Assembly: GCF_001194135.2 (NCBI RefSeq)
Contig: NC_068982.1
Location: forward strand, 100,018,027 to 100,082,026
Source: Octopus bimaculoides
Taxonomy: Eukaryota
Direction of reading: 5' to 3'
Length of the DNA: 64,000 nucleotides
Shown here in pieces: positions 11,960 through 23,780 of the stretch. The translations under genes were made by a program, and so were the position numbers. The notes under the pieces were generated by a model that saw only the letters and a program-made list of their open reading frames with translations, had not been told where the DNA came from and did not search any database. Position 1 is the first letter of the stretch. Every line of letters starts with the position of its first letter.

Positions 11960-12655
11960 CAACTCTTTTCAATGCTCTCCTTGTTTAAGTTGGTGAATGC
12001 TACCATATTCCTTGCCTTCAGTTCATCTTTGGTGTTACAGGGAGTTTTGTTGGTCTCTTGCTCAATTGTGTCCCACACATAATAATCAAGGGGGTTAAGG
12101 TCTGGAGAGTTAGGTAATCAGATGTTAGTGGTGATGTGGTCGCAGAAATTGTCTGACAGCCATGACTGGGTTCTCCTGCTTGTGTGGCATGGTGCAGAGT
12201 CCTGTTGCCAAACATAGGGTCTTCCAGCAGCCACCCTCTTGACCTGGGCAGCACTACCTCCTCCAGGCACTTGATGTAGGCCTCCATGTTGGGTCTGAGG
12301 CCATGTGGGAAGATGAATGGAGGCATAATGTCACCATCACTAATGATCTCTTCAAGTACCATGATGTTGACTGGATGTTTGATTTTTATCACTCTCAGTA
12401 CATGTCCTCAGATTGCACTGTCTTCAGATTGACACTCAAACACTCTGAAATGTTTGTATTGGAGCTTCTGGCATGAATGCCAAGCTGTACAGTATGTGGT
12501 TTCCAAATTTCTGGCAGAGTGAATTGCGTCATGATGCTGTTTTTCTTACAGAGTGCCCAACTGACCCTACTATACTGTGTAGTGAACAAAATGGAAAACA
12601 AACAATGCGCATGTATGAAAATATAAAATGGCAACAATTTACTAATTGCACCCTG
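11960..12655 (-). mobile_element. Degenerate Tc1/mariner transposon, maT/DD37D-like
   Basis: Frameshifted transposase KHPVNIMV...GDIMPPFIFPHGLRPNMEAYIKCLEEVVL and MWDTIEQETNKTPCNTKDELKAR. A 5' TIR CAGGGTGCAATTAGTAAATTG ends at 12655. Confidence 0.88.
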
Positions 12656-15025
12656 TTTTCTTCTGTTGTATATAGTTGTAAGGCTTTGTGCTGTTATATA
12701 TGCATAATTCTTTGTCTGTTGTATTGTTAGAAGAATATCTTTTATAACCCCATGAAGTTTTGAAAGACATCATTTGCATATGAATTTACTGCACAAATCT
12801 GAAGCATACTCATTTGAGGAGCTGGGAATTGGTGGAACAATGCTAAACACACTTGGATGTAACTTTAATTCTTTAACATTCAGATTACTCTGTCAAATGT
12901 AAAGCTTATTTATTCACATCATTTTGAATTAATCATGCATTACCTTGTAGCTTTGATATTTTGATGATGTGATAGTATATTTTTAGAATGACTTTGTAGG
13001 ATATGTATGAGAAGCTAGATCAGGTCTGTTGAACATAAAATAGGTAGAATATTTGGGCTGAATATGGCTGGTTTAAATACTAAAAGTTTAAAGATGGGTC
13101 TTATTGAGTCTGATGAGGAATTTAATAACTGCCTATTTAATGCCAAAACATTTGGAACCTGTTCTGCATCTCAGTTTCACGATTTGTTCATTTTGATATT
13201 ATCCTCGGGTATCAGATTAAATATTGCTCATTGAATCTTAGCTTGTTAAAATTCTTTCAAAATATAAAGTTGTTTATAGTAAAAGATCACTGACTGCAGC
13301 CTCCTAATGATGAACAATTAGGGATGCATGTTATCATTGATATGCAAATCTTTTGCCTTCAAAATAGTAATTCTTTTCAGCAGATCACCTCTGGATGATC
13401 GGCATCAGATACACAAGAAATTCTCATCTCAAGACATCTCTAACATTGATCTACTGAGAACTGATGCCAACAATTAAAAAAAAAAAACATTTTGACACCT
13501 GAGTTATGCACAAACACATATATACACACACATATGCCTGTGTGCACACGCATACACACTCATGCAATCATAAATATATAATAAACATAGATGAGTGTGC
13601 CTGCTTTCACTTTGCTCATTGTTGTTGATGATGATGATTAAAAAATATAAAGGAGGTTAAGAAATAAACAACTGAAACATACAAATGTGTCTACAAATTC
13701 ATCTTAATTAAGCATTCAGATAATATAAAAGTCAAGAAAATATTTTAATAAAACAAAATTTTTATGTACATGACGCCAGTGATGTCATATAGAACAGCAA
13801 TCTAAGTTTAAATACTTTCTTTACTGATGGTTTTTGGTGACTCCAAAAAAATGCATTCAGTTTAATGTTTAATGAGCATGCATAAGATTATGTGAATCAT
13901 CTACTCGTACTTCTGCACCAACATGACTGGCTTAAGTATTTTACAAAAACGGTCTACTGTTATTTCAACTTTTCATACTTCAGTTTGCAATGAGAAGGAT
14001 TCGGTTTATCAACAACAAACAAGCAAAAATAACTTGAAATTGTAGTTCCATCTCTTGGGTTGAAGTATCATAAACGTTGAGGTATAAGAATAAAGCTGTT
14101 GATCACACATTTCATGTTCTTTAGCAAAATTATTTACCTTTTTTATGGTAAGATCATTATGTTTCTTGGGGATTTTTAACTAATACTTCTTATCTTAATG
14201 AAAACTGGCAGATTTGCTGTCATGATTAATCCTTCATTTCAGAAGAAAATTATGAAAGAGAAACTTACATCAGTTGAAACTACAGAATCAAGAGTTTGAT
14301 TTTTTATTTTATGTTGAATTCTGATGTCAAGATAGAGCTCCAAGCAGTTTCAAGTTCATATCAAATGAATGTGAAATGATAAATTAGGTTTTTGGCAGCC
14401 TGCTGATTCCTTCAAACTTCACAGATCAAGCAAAACTAACAGTACCTATGATGTTATTGATTCTATAAATGAGGGAATTATCAACATATTTGATGGAGAA
14501 ACTGTCACTTAAAAAAACCATGATTTCCGTGTTAATGAATTTATATTTACAGGTCATTATATAAGATTATACTTTAGAATTATTTAGTAATTATAAGGAA
14601 TAATTATATTGATATATAATTGTAAACCTAGCAACTTAAAAAATTATATTAATATATAATTGTAAACTTAGCAACTTAAAACTGATGTCTGGAGCAGAAA
14701 CAAATGTTGCAATTTGCTATTAAAGCCTGGTACCTTCCATCTTTGTGTTATATTATTCTTATATTAATTCTATACAACAGCAGAGTTCCACAAGTTTATC
14801 CAGCCTAGGAAAATATTCTGCTGTAGAGTGACATGTGGTAGCCAATAATGGTATTGGAGTTCTCAAATGCACATTACAAGGTTTTTACCTAAATTATACT
14901 ATATTTATATAAGGGCATTCCTACAGAATAATGCCACACAACAGACTTCCCAAATAAACACATTTTAGTACCGAATGTGAGGAAAGCAACCAACAGAAGA
15001 AACCAACTTTCTTTTAAATAATTCA

Positions 15026-15088
15026 ACTATGTATCGACCAATTTCGCGATTACTAGAATGAAATCTAGTTTCCATTCATCAGCATAGT
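15026..15088 (-). ncRNA. Type I hammerhead-like motif (copy in arm A)
   Basis: Stem I ACTATG/CATAGT, CTGATGA, stem II hairpin ACTAGA/TCTAGT, GAAA, stem III TT-GGTC-GA and an AUA triplet. The proximal part of stem II is imperfect. Confidence 0.6.
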
Positions 15089-15488
15089 ATAGTACAAAAT
15101 ATATATAAATAAACAAAATCCTCACCTTACCAAAACGAACACTCAATGTATCCAACAAAGCAAAGGGAATGATGTTTATCTGTATATATCTCTTCACAAA
15201 GAAGCAGGAATCTTTCTGAGTTGCTTTCGTACACATGTGCAAATCGGAATAAAATTCAGCATTGAATATATTCTGGGTATATATTTGATTAATAAATTCA
15301 AAAAAGGATAAAAATCTTTTACAAGAATTTTATCAGGAAGCCAGTGTGTAAAAAAATTCATAAGGGAAATTTCTATTCCCAAGAATATAATTATTCCCTT
15401 TGCTTTGTTCCTTTTGCTTTGTCGGATACGTAGAGTGTTCGCTTTGGTAAGGTGAGGATTTTGTTTATTTATATATATTTTGTACTAT

Positions 15489-15551
15489 ACTATGCTGATG
15501 AATGGAAACTAGATTTCATTCTAGTAATTGCGAAATCAGTCGATACATAGT
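15489..15551 (+). ncRNA. Type I hammerhead-like motif (copy in arm A')
   Basis: ACTATG-CTGATGA-ATGGAA ACTAGA TTTCAT TCTAGT AATTGC-GAAA-TC AGTC GA-TA-CATAGT. Confidence 0.62.
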
Positions 15552-16819
15552 TGAATTATTTAAAAGAAAGTTGGTTTCTTCTGTTGGTTGCTTTCCTCAC
15601 ATTCGGTACTAAAATGTGTTTATTTGGGAAGTCTGTTGTGTGGCATTATTCTGTAGTAATGCCCTTATATAAATATAAATGAATTATTATATTCTTGGGA
15701 ATAGAAATTTCCCTCATGAATTTTTTTACACACTGGCTTCCTGATAAAATTCTTGTAAAAGATTTTTATCCTTTTTTGAATTTATTAAATTATACTATAT
15801 ATATATATATATACTCACACACACACATACACTCACTCACACACACACATATATATATACATATATATATGTATATATATATATTGTCGTCAGCTTTACC
15901 GTCTTGCTAAGTATTGCTTTCTTCGATGAAGAAATACCAGTGGCTTAGTTTTGATTAGTGTAGATCCCAATAGGAAGTGATTAACACACTGTAGCACATG
16001 TAAAATGTAACACCCAGGATCAGACAATGAAACTGCAACAGACTGTTGTTGCCAGGCATTGCTTGAGTTGTGCCTTCATAGGTAGTCTGTCTGGCATTGC
16101 CTTCTTTCATCAGTTCAGCCATTGGAATCATAGGTTTTCATCTACTTGATTTGCTATTGAGAACTTGGGGGTTTTTTGGGAGGTTTTTTTTAGTTATGCT
16201 GCTCTAGATTTGGCTGCATCAGTGGGAGCAAGGTCTCTTTATGCAGATTTTAGTGAGGATAGCTTTGCTAATAAATCAGAGGCTAAGTTCTTTCCCTGGA
16301 CATGACCAATTACCTTGGAATGTGAAGACCAATATCTGAGGAAAAGCTATATATTGTGCATCATACATCTACACAGCCTTTGAGCATATACATTTATATA
16401 TAGTTCATAGATGAGATCCAGATGTTCTCTGTATAGAATACACTTGAGTGGGTACAGAAGCGAATGTGGGGATAAGCAAATTAGACAGACGAATATATAA
16501 AGTATATTAAATACATGAAATACAAACTATGTATATAAGTATACATATAAAAAGGTCCAACTTACACAGAGTACAAATGATATAGAAAATTAAATGGGTA
16601 GAAGAAAGCTATTACAAATCCAACAGGGGGCACGGCAATCCATGATAATGTTTGTAGATTAATTCCATCAGAGAATGTGGCTGTATGGATGCATTTAACA
16701 TAGGATGAGATGAGCCCCCATCTTCAGGGAAGAGATCTTACATTTGAGATCATAAAGGAAAGAAGTTCAAAGATGGACAGCAACAGCACCAACAACAGCA
16801 GCACCTGCAACAACAACAG

Positions 16820-17130
16820 GTGCACCAACATCATGTGCCCACAGAAAAACATGGGATCCACTGGGAATTCTCTCAAACAGCATCTTGCCAACTATTTCTC
16901 CTCCTTCAGAGTCCAGGGAAGGAGATATGTGATATCGCTGGTAATTAAGAGTTGAAGGGATACCATACTCAATCGCATGGAAAATACTCAAGAACTCAGT
17001 TATGCATTGCTGAATGCACGAGAACCCTAAAAGACTCTATTGTGCCAGGGAGCATACTGAACTCCAGAATGGAGATTTATGGGCCATGTTTGCATTTTAG
17101 AAGATTCTTGCTGGCATTTTGGAATCCACA
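16820..17130 (+). mobile_element. Penelope-like element remnant (GIY-YIG endonuclease C-terminus, frameshifted)
   Basis: Peptide fragments MGSTGNSLKQHLANYFSSFR, GIPYSIAWKILK and ILNSRMEIYGPCLHFRRFLL resemble the PLE GIY-YIG pattern YIG.T...FK.R..NH.SSFR / I.W.IL / LN.R.E....C.H...LL. Confidence 0.6.
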
Positions 17131-17579
17131 AGGCAACACTGCAGCCAGAATCCAATAGCCAAGGCCAAAGGGAGACAATCGTTTACCTTCATGGTTCTTT
17201 GGTGAGTGCAGCCAAAGCTCGATGACCAATGGCGAAGGGAGATAATAACCTAGTGTTTACTTATATAGAAAGGCATTTCTCCCTCCATATTTTGAGGAGG
17301 TCTTAGGCCAGCATTTATATCTTATTAACCTAACCTGGAATCTACACTTTGGAAATAAAGTACCTTTATAAAAAGTACATGTCTGAATTACCTAGAGTGG
17401 CTATCTTCACCTAGCTGGGTTGCATTGTCTGCACACATGGCAGGAATGTCAGGTACAAACACCCCTGCATGGAGTCTTGATATTCAGTATTCAATTGATA
17501 TTGTTTGGGTGTGTGGATTATATCGACCTAACAAGGTGCCTCAATTTAAGTACCTAATTCAACAGTATCTTAATTATAC

Positions 17580-17610
<31 letters not shown>

Positions 17611-18397
17611 ATAATATTAGGGACAAAATCCAAAATTACAGGTAAAAACTCAANNNNNNNNNNATATATAATAATATTAGGGACAAAATCCAAAATTACA
17701 GGTAAAAACTCAATTAAAATCAATTCATAAAAAATTAAAATTAAATTGAGCTTTATAGATTATAATATATATAGAAATATATAGTTTTAGGGAAAAGAAC
17801 CAAGTTTCAAGAACTCTTCGATGAAAATCCACTATCACATATAGAAAAATTAATAATTAAAAGCACAATAAATGAGTATAATATAAAACAAAGTAAATAT
17901 CATAAGATATTTGGTTCTTTTCCCTAAAACTATATATATATATATATACATATACACACACACATATATATACACACACACACAGAGGATTGATAAATCA
18001 GGACAGTGTGGGACAAATTACTTTGTAGTTACATTCCTTGATATTTTGATTTGTAAGATCTATTTTTGCCTTTCATTTTTGGAAGGTCAATGATCTACCA
18101 AGCATGATAATGTGATTGTCTACACCCTAGAAAGTAGTGTCTCAGCTTGGCCACAGTCCAATGACTGAAACCAGTAAATGAATACACACATACATGCTTG
18201 CTTGCAAGCATATACACACAAACACACACAGACAGACAGAGACATACACACACACATTTATATATTTAAACCATGTTATTATATGAAAAAAAAAAAGATA
18301 CCAAAATAGGTTTTATCTCTCCCACAGACTTTGCCCTTTAAACACTGAAGGAGATCTCCCACCCAACAAACTGCTGAAATAACCCAGCTGTACCTGT

Positions 18398-18446
<49 letters not shown>

Positions 18447-18904
18447 ACAACTCATACTGTGACCCACCTAACCACACTATTATGATAAAGAATAAGCAGT
18501 GAGTGGGGAGGGATGTTGTACTTATTACGTAACACTACTTGTGTTTTGCAGCTCCTTGACTCACTGTTCTGTGTGTTATTTTGTTACACAACTCAGAAGA
18601 CCACACCNNNNNNNNNNNNNNNNNNNNNNNNNNNNNNNNNNNNNNNNNNNNNNNNNNNNNNNNNNNNNNNNNNNNNNNNNNNNNNNNNNNNNNNNNNNNN
18701 NNNNNNNNNNNNNNNNNNNNNNNNNNNNNNNNNNNNNNNNNNNNNNNNNNNNNNNNNNNNNNNNNNNNNNNNNNNNNNNNNNNNNNNNNNNNNNNNNNNN
18801 NNNNNNNNNNNNNNNNNNNNNNNNNNNNNNNNNNNNNNNNNNNNNNNNNNNNNNNNNNNNNNNNNNNNNNNNNNNNNNNNNNNNNNNNNNNNNNNNNNNN
18901 NNNN

Positions 18905-18941
<37 letters not shown>

Positions 18942-19832
18942 GAGAGAGAGAGAGAGAGATACAGTAAATGTGTGTGTGTGTGCATGTGTGTGTGTGTGCA
19001 TGTGTGTGTGTGTGTGCATGTGTGTATACTCACACACACGCACACGCATATATATTATCAGTTAGTTATCTGCAAGTCAGAAATAGGTATTCAATGAAAA
19101 ATAGACCAGTTATATTTTAATACATATAAAATGGGTGATCAATATTTCCACGTGTAATATTTTGTGTGAAACCTATGGTAATAACCTGACCAGTCATATG
19201 TCTTAACTTATACTGCTCAACAATATAGAAATGTATATATTTTGTTTTTGTAATGTCACCCTCATCACTCATTATTTTTGCTTTGTGGATCCCTCACTCT
19301 CATACAGTAACTCTCTATGTTTGGTGTAGCCCTCGTCAGCAGTTCCACAGATTCTGGTCACAAAGGCAGACAGGAATTCATTTTCTGTCTTTAAACTTCC
19401 ACTCCTCAATTGATTCAATCTTTTTCTGTAACACGCACATCATTACTCACACCCACATGCACTCAAATGCATGTAAAACCAAGCACACACACACACACAC
19501 ACACACACACATTGGTTCAGAAGCACTTGTCTTTCTACCCACTCACTTACCAACAGCATAAATATATATTTACACAGACACACGCACACACACTCATACA
19601 CAATGAGATTCTAAAACCCTTTGTATCACACACACAATATGTCCAGAAACACACCAACTAAAACTTACACATACAGCCCTAACCCTATCACACACGCACT
19701 GATAGTTATAATGCACATATTCACATACTCAACATAACACTACAACACAAAATCCATCTAAACACATCTCATACACATGTATACGGATATGCACATGTAT
19801 GCACAAATACACATATATAAACATAGGTATAT

Positions 19833-20937
19833 TATCATCATCAACATTGATTAACGTCTGTTTTCCATACTGGCATGGGTTGGGTGGTTTGACTGAGGTC
19901 TGGAAAGCCAGCAGTTGCACCAGGCTCCAATCTGATCTGGCAATGTTTCTACAACTGGATGCCCTTCCTAATGCCAACCACTCTGAGAGTGTAGTGAGTG
20001 CTTTTTATGTACCACCAGCACAAGGGCCAGTCAGGCAGCCTTGGCATCAATCATGTTTGGATAGTACTTTTTACATGTCACTAACATGGGAGCCAGTTAG
20101 GGGGAACTGGCATCGACTGCGTTCACATGATGCATTTTACGTGCCACCAGCATGAGAGCTAGTCAGGTGGACTTAGCATCGATCACATTCGGATAGTGCT
20201 TTTTACATGCCTCTGGTATGGGAGCCAGTCAGGGACACTCGCGTTGACCACTTTTGGATGGTGCTTTTTACACACCACTGGAATGGGAGCCAGTCAGGGG
20301 GCACTGGCCACAGCTACGAATTTGGTTTTACTTGACTCAACAGGTCTTCTCAAGCATATCATATTGCCCGACACATCAAGAGTACTTTTAAATGAGCTGG
20401 GCATGCAACACTGGCATCGGCCATGGCTGTGATCTCACTTTAATTGCAGGGGCTTCTCAACCACAGCATATCTCCAAAGGTCTTGGTCTCCTGTTATTGC
20501 TTCTATGAGACCCTATGTTCGAAGGTCATGTCTTCCCATGTCTTCCTGGGTCTACCTCTTCCACAGGTTCCTTCCATAGTTAAGGGTGTGGCACTTCCTC
20601 ATACAGCTGTCCTCATCCATATGTAACATATGAGCAAACCAGTGCAGTCGTCTCTCTCTTGCACACATTTGATGCTTCTTTCTCTCAGGGCGCTCACACT
20701 CTGTCATGTGTGCACACTGACATTACACATCCAGTAGATCATACTAGCTTCATTTCTTTCAAGCCTACACATGTCCTCAGCAGTCATGGCCCATGTTTTA
20801 CTGCCGTGTAATACGGTAGTTCACACACATGCATCATACAGTCTACCTTTCATCCTGAGCGAGAGGCCCTTAGTTGCCAGCAGAGGTAAGAGCTCCCTGA
20901 ACTTTGCCCAGGCTATTCTTATTCTAGCCGCTACACT
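19833..20937 (-). mobile_element. RTE LINE 3' portion (ORF2 C-terminus and 3' UTR)
   Basis: The minus strand encodes ARIRIAWAKFRELLPLLATRGLSLRMKGRLYDAC...TWAMTAEDM, followed by the repetitive UTR and a (GAT)n tail. Confidence 0.9.
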
Positions 20938-21163
20938 CTCAGAGCATATATATATATGTACATATATATATACATATGAGTGAATGTATATATTTGTTCA
21001 TTTGTGTGTTCATTTTATGTCCATTTTCTTCAGGCTAGAATGAGTTAAGTGAATACATATTATTGTGGTGTTGTGTTACAACTGGATGCCTTTCGGTCAC
21101 TGACCGTTACCTATTTTTCAAGTAAAGGAGTTTTCATTCCACTTATCTTTGAAAGTACAGAAC

Positions 21164-21165
<2 letters not shown>

Positions 21166-21236
<71 letters not shown>
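21166..21236. repeat. (TG)n microsatellite
   Basis: Pure TG run. Confidence 0.98.
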
Positions 21237-21238
<2 letters not shown>

Positions 21239-23047
21239 ACATGTGGGTGTTTAACTCTGCCTATGCTATAGATTCTATTAGTCTTGCTTGAAGAGATATA
21301 TATTTGGTCAGCATTGGCCAAACATTTTTAGGAGATTTTTTTTTTAAATGATTCTAGAATTTGCTGTTAATTTTTAAAAACTTTTAAACTTTTATGAGGC
21401 TGAAGGAATTTATTTTCATGAGATCCAGGTGTTTGCAGGTGAGTTTTTTTGCACAATTATACAATTATATATGTGTGTGTTCATTCACTGATTTGTAAAC
21501 ATTGGCTTCACTGATGGGTGTCATTTGTTTCTAGTTCTCAGGAGAAACATGTCTACACTGTTTATTATTTAACAGACTGGGAGATAGTTATCTTTTATCG
21601 AAACAGGTAGGGGTTGGTGTCAGGCAAATTCTGCCCCAAGATACTGTCATCTGACTTATACAAGCACAGGAAAATAGATGTTGACACAACGATTATATTG
21701 ATGATGATTATGGTATATATATATATATATGTACAAGCTATAGTATATGGTCTTGGGTTTGTTAATGCCTAAAATAAGTATAATTGCATGAATATTTTGA
21801 TTAAATTGCTTTAAAAATATGCTGGCAATCTTCAGTTGGTCCAGGAACATTGATTCACTCAAAATTATGGCATCAAATTATTTCATAAAAAATGCATAGT
21901 TTTTGCTTAGTAGGAAAAAAGAAAGGACCCTCATATCTTTAGGGGAAATGGCCTTGCTTGATATGCAGCAAAAGGAGTAGGTATAAACTTCATATGCTGT
22001 GCTCAGTGTAAGTGATGGATACACAAGAGGGATAGCAGAATATCACAGGCAGATTCACAAAAAAATAAAGCTTCATACATGACAAATGCACTGATGCCTT
22101 CATGGTTCACTAGAAGTAATCAAAAGCTGTTGTTACCAGAGAGATGTAATTAGAAAGAGAGGTAATTGCTCCAAAAGTATAGTAGTCAGGATAGGAACAT
22201 GTTGCAAGAAGTTCAGGAAGCTTTTACCACTGCTGGCAACAAAGCTCTTTCCTTTCAGAATGAAGGGCAAATTGTAAGATGCTTATGTTAGAACTATGGT
22301 GATAGTGGCAGCGGAGACAAGGACATCATATGCAGAGGATTTAAGAAGACTGAAAAGAAACAAAGCTAGCATGCTCCACTGGATGTGCAATGTAAGTGTG
22401 CATGAATGACAAAGTACCAATGTATTGAAAGAAAAACTGTGACTTGTGCTGGTATGGACATGATGCACATAAGGAGAACCACTCACTTCTTTACATACAT
22501 TGCTATACACAGATGTATTCTGAAATAGGTGCATCTATTTCTCAAACACACATTTCCATGCTTACATATATGCCCACAGCAATGTAAACATTATGTACAC
22601 TCAAAAGCTTTCATAGATATTAGACATGCAGTAATCCTTTCTTATTCTTGTTTAGCTTCAGGTCAGCCTTCATCAAAGAGATTTCTAATCAAAGCTATTT
22701 CAGCCACGACCATCTTGTTTTATTTTCAGATACACTTTACTCTGGGATAAATTGTCCAATGTGTCCTTTTTAAAATAGTAGAATGTAGTTGGAGAGGATT
22801 TAGCTGCTAGTTTTAGCACATTGATTGATAATGTAGGGGTTTCTCCTTGGCTTGACTGATCCTTATTCTCTATTTAAAGATGGTAGTGTGCGTGGCTTGA
22901 GGGAAATTTGACTGCTTTTTCTAGCAAGTAAAGCTACCATAAAGATGTTTCTTCCTTTCATTTGGGTTAAAATCAGTATGAATGGGAAAAATTTCCTAGC
23001 TGTTTACTTATTTTCTTATTCTTAATGAGACATATCATTCAAATTTC

Positions 23048-23085
<38 letters not shown>

Positions 23086-23539
23086 GAAAGTAAAAATGCA
23101 ACCATTGGTTGTCTGAATTCAGAGTGTTGATATCTGTTGTAATGGTAAACCAGAAGAATAATACTTATATTCATAAGGAAGAAATCTTTTATCTTCCATT
23201 GCTAGGTTATTTAATAAATTTCAACTGCATTTTACATTACATTATTTCTGTACATCTTGGTAGTGTAAGATTTTGAAATGATATAATCATTAACCCCATG
23301 AATAATGGGAAAACACTTATACATCTATTAAGATTTAACTATCAGGTGGTTTTGACTAAGAAAATACGACTGTGATGATTTTATCATAGCTGTAAAAAAA
23401 AAATTGTACATCAATTAGAAATTGTAGGGAGAAGGTAGATAACTCTACTGTGTAGTTACTTCCCTTGTTACAGTTGAACTGCAACACTTGTATCGTTTTC
23501 TATTATTAAAGTTGCCTCAAGTTCTCGCATTCATCTATT

Positions 23540-23780
23540 GGCAATCAATAGCCTGATTGCAACTGCATGGGAGAAAATAACGATTGACTGCAAACAATAG
23601 CGGAGAGTTATAAAGAAAGGAGTAAATGTCGCAGAATCAAAGTGGATGACACAAAAAAGGAAAAAAGTTTTGAGTAAGATCCACTACACAGAGCTGCCAG
23701 TAGTACGATGTTAATACATGTGGACAGTGTTATGCCAGCACCTTTGGTCTACTATCCTACGTAAGAGCAACTCATCGTTG
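23540..23780 (+). mobile_element. RTE/BovB-like LINE C-terminal remnant
   Basis: Degenerate ...AWEKITIDCKQ*RRVIKKGV...CGQCYASTFGLLSYVRATH resembles the RTE C-terminal C..C...GL.SH.R.H knuckle. Confidence 0.5.

Larger units (their letters stand above)
14900..15788. mobile_element. Penelope-like insertion with interleaved inverted repeats (A-B-C-A'-C')
   Basis: A 14900-15170 matches A' 15393-15677 at about 97%, and C 15289-15391 matches C' 15686-15788. A 15-bp direct repeat TAAATTATACTATAT lies at 14890-14904 and 15786-15800. Each A arm carries a hammerhead motif. Confidence 0.75.

Noticed and set aside
11511-12078. Long ORFs full of X (also at 18.5, 29.8, 35.8, 39.5, 57.3 and 62.7 kb)
   Set aside because: They are artefacts of translating N gaps.
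13110-13152. CTGATGA-GG...CC-AAAA-CATT hammerhead-like trace
   Set aside because: G12 is missing and stem I does not pair. At best it is heavily decayed.
14602-14680. 40-bp tandem duplication (also short 18-bp triplets at 9481-9525 and 27724-27772)
   Set aside because: Ordinary slippage-type duplications with no spacer diversity, so not CRISPR-like.
17597-17713. Identical ~50-bp sequence on both sides of a 10-N gap
   Set aside because: Most likely a contig-overlap assembly artefact rather than a true tandem duplication.
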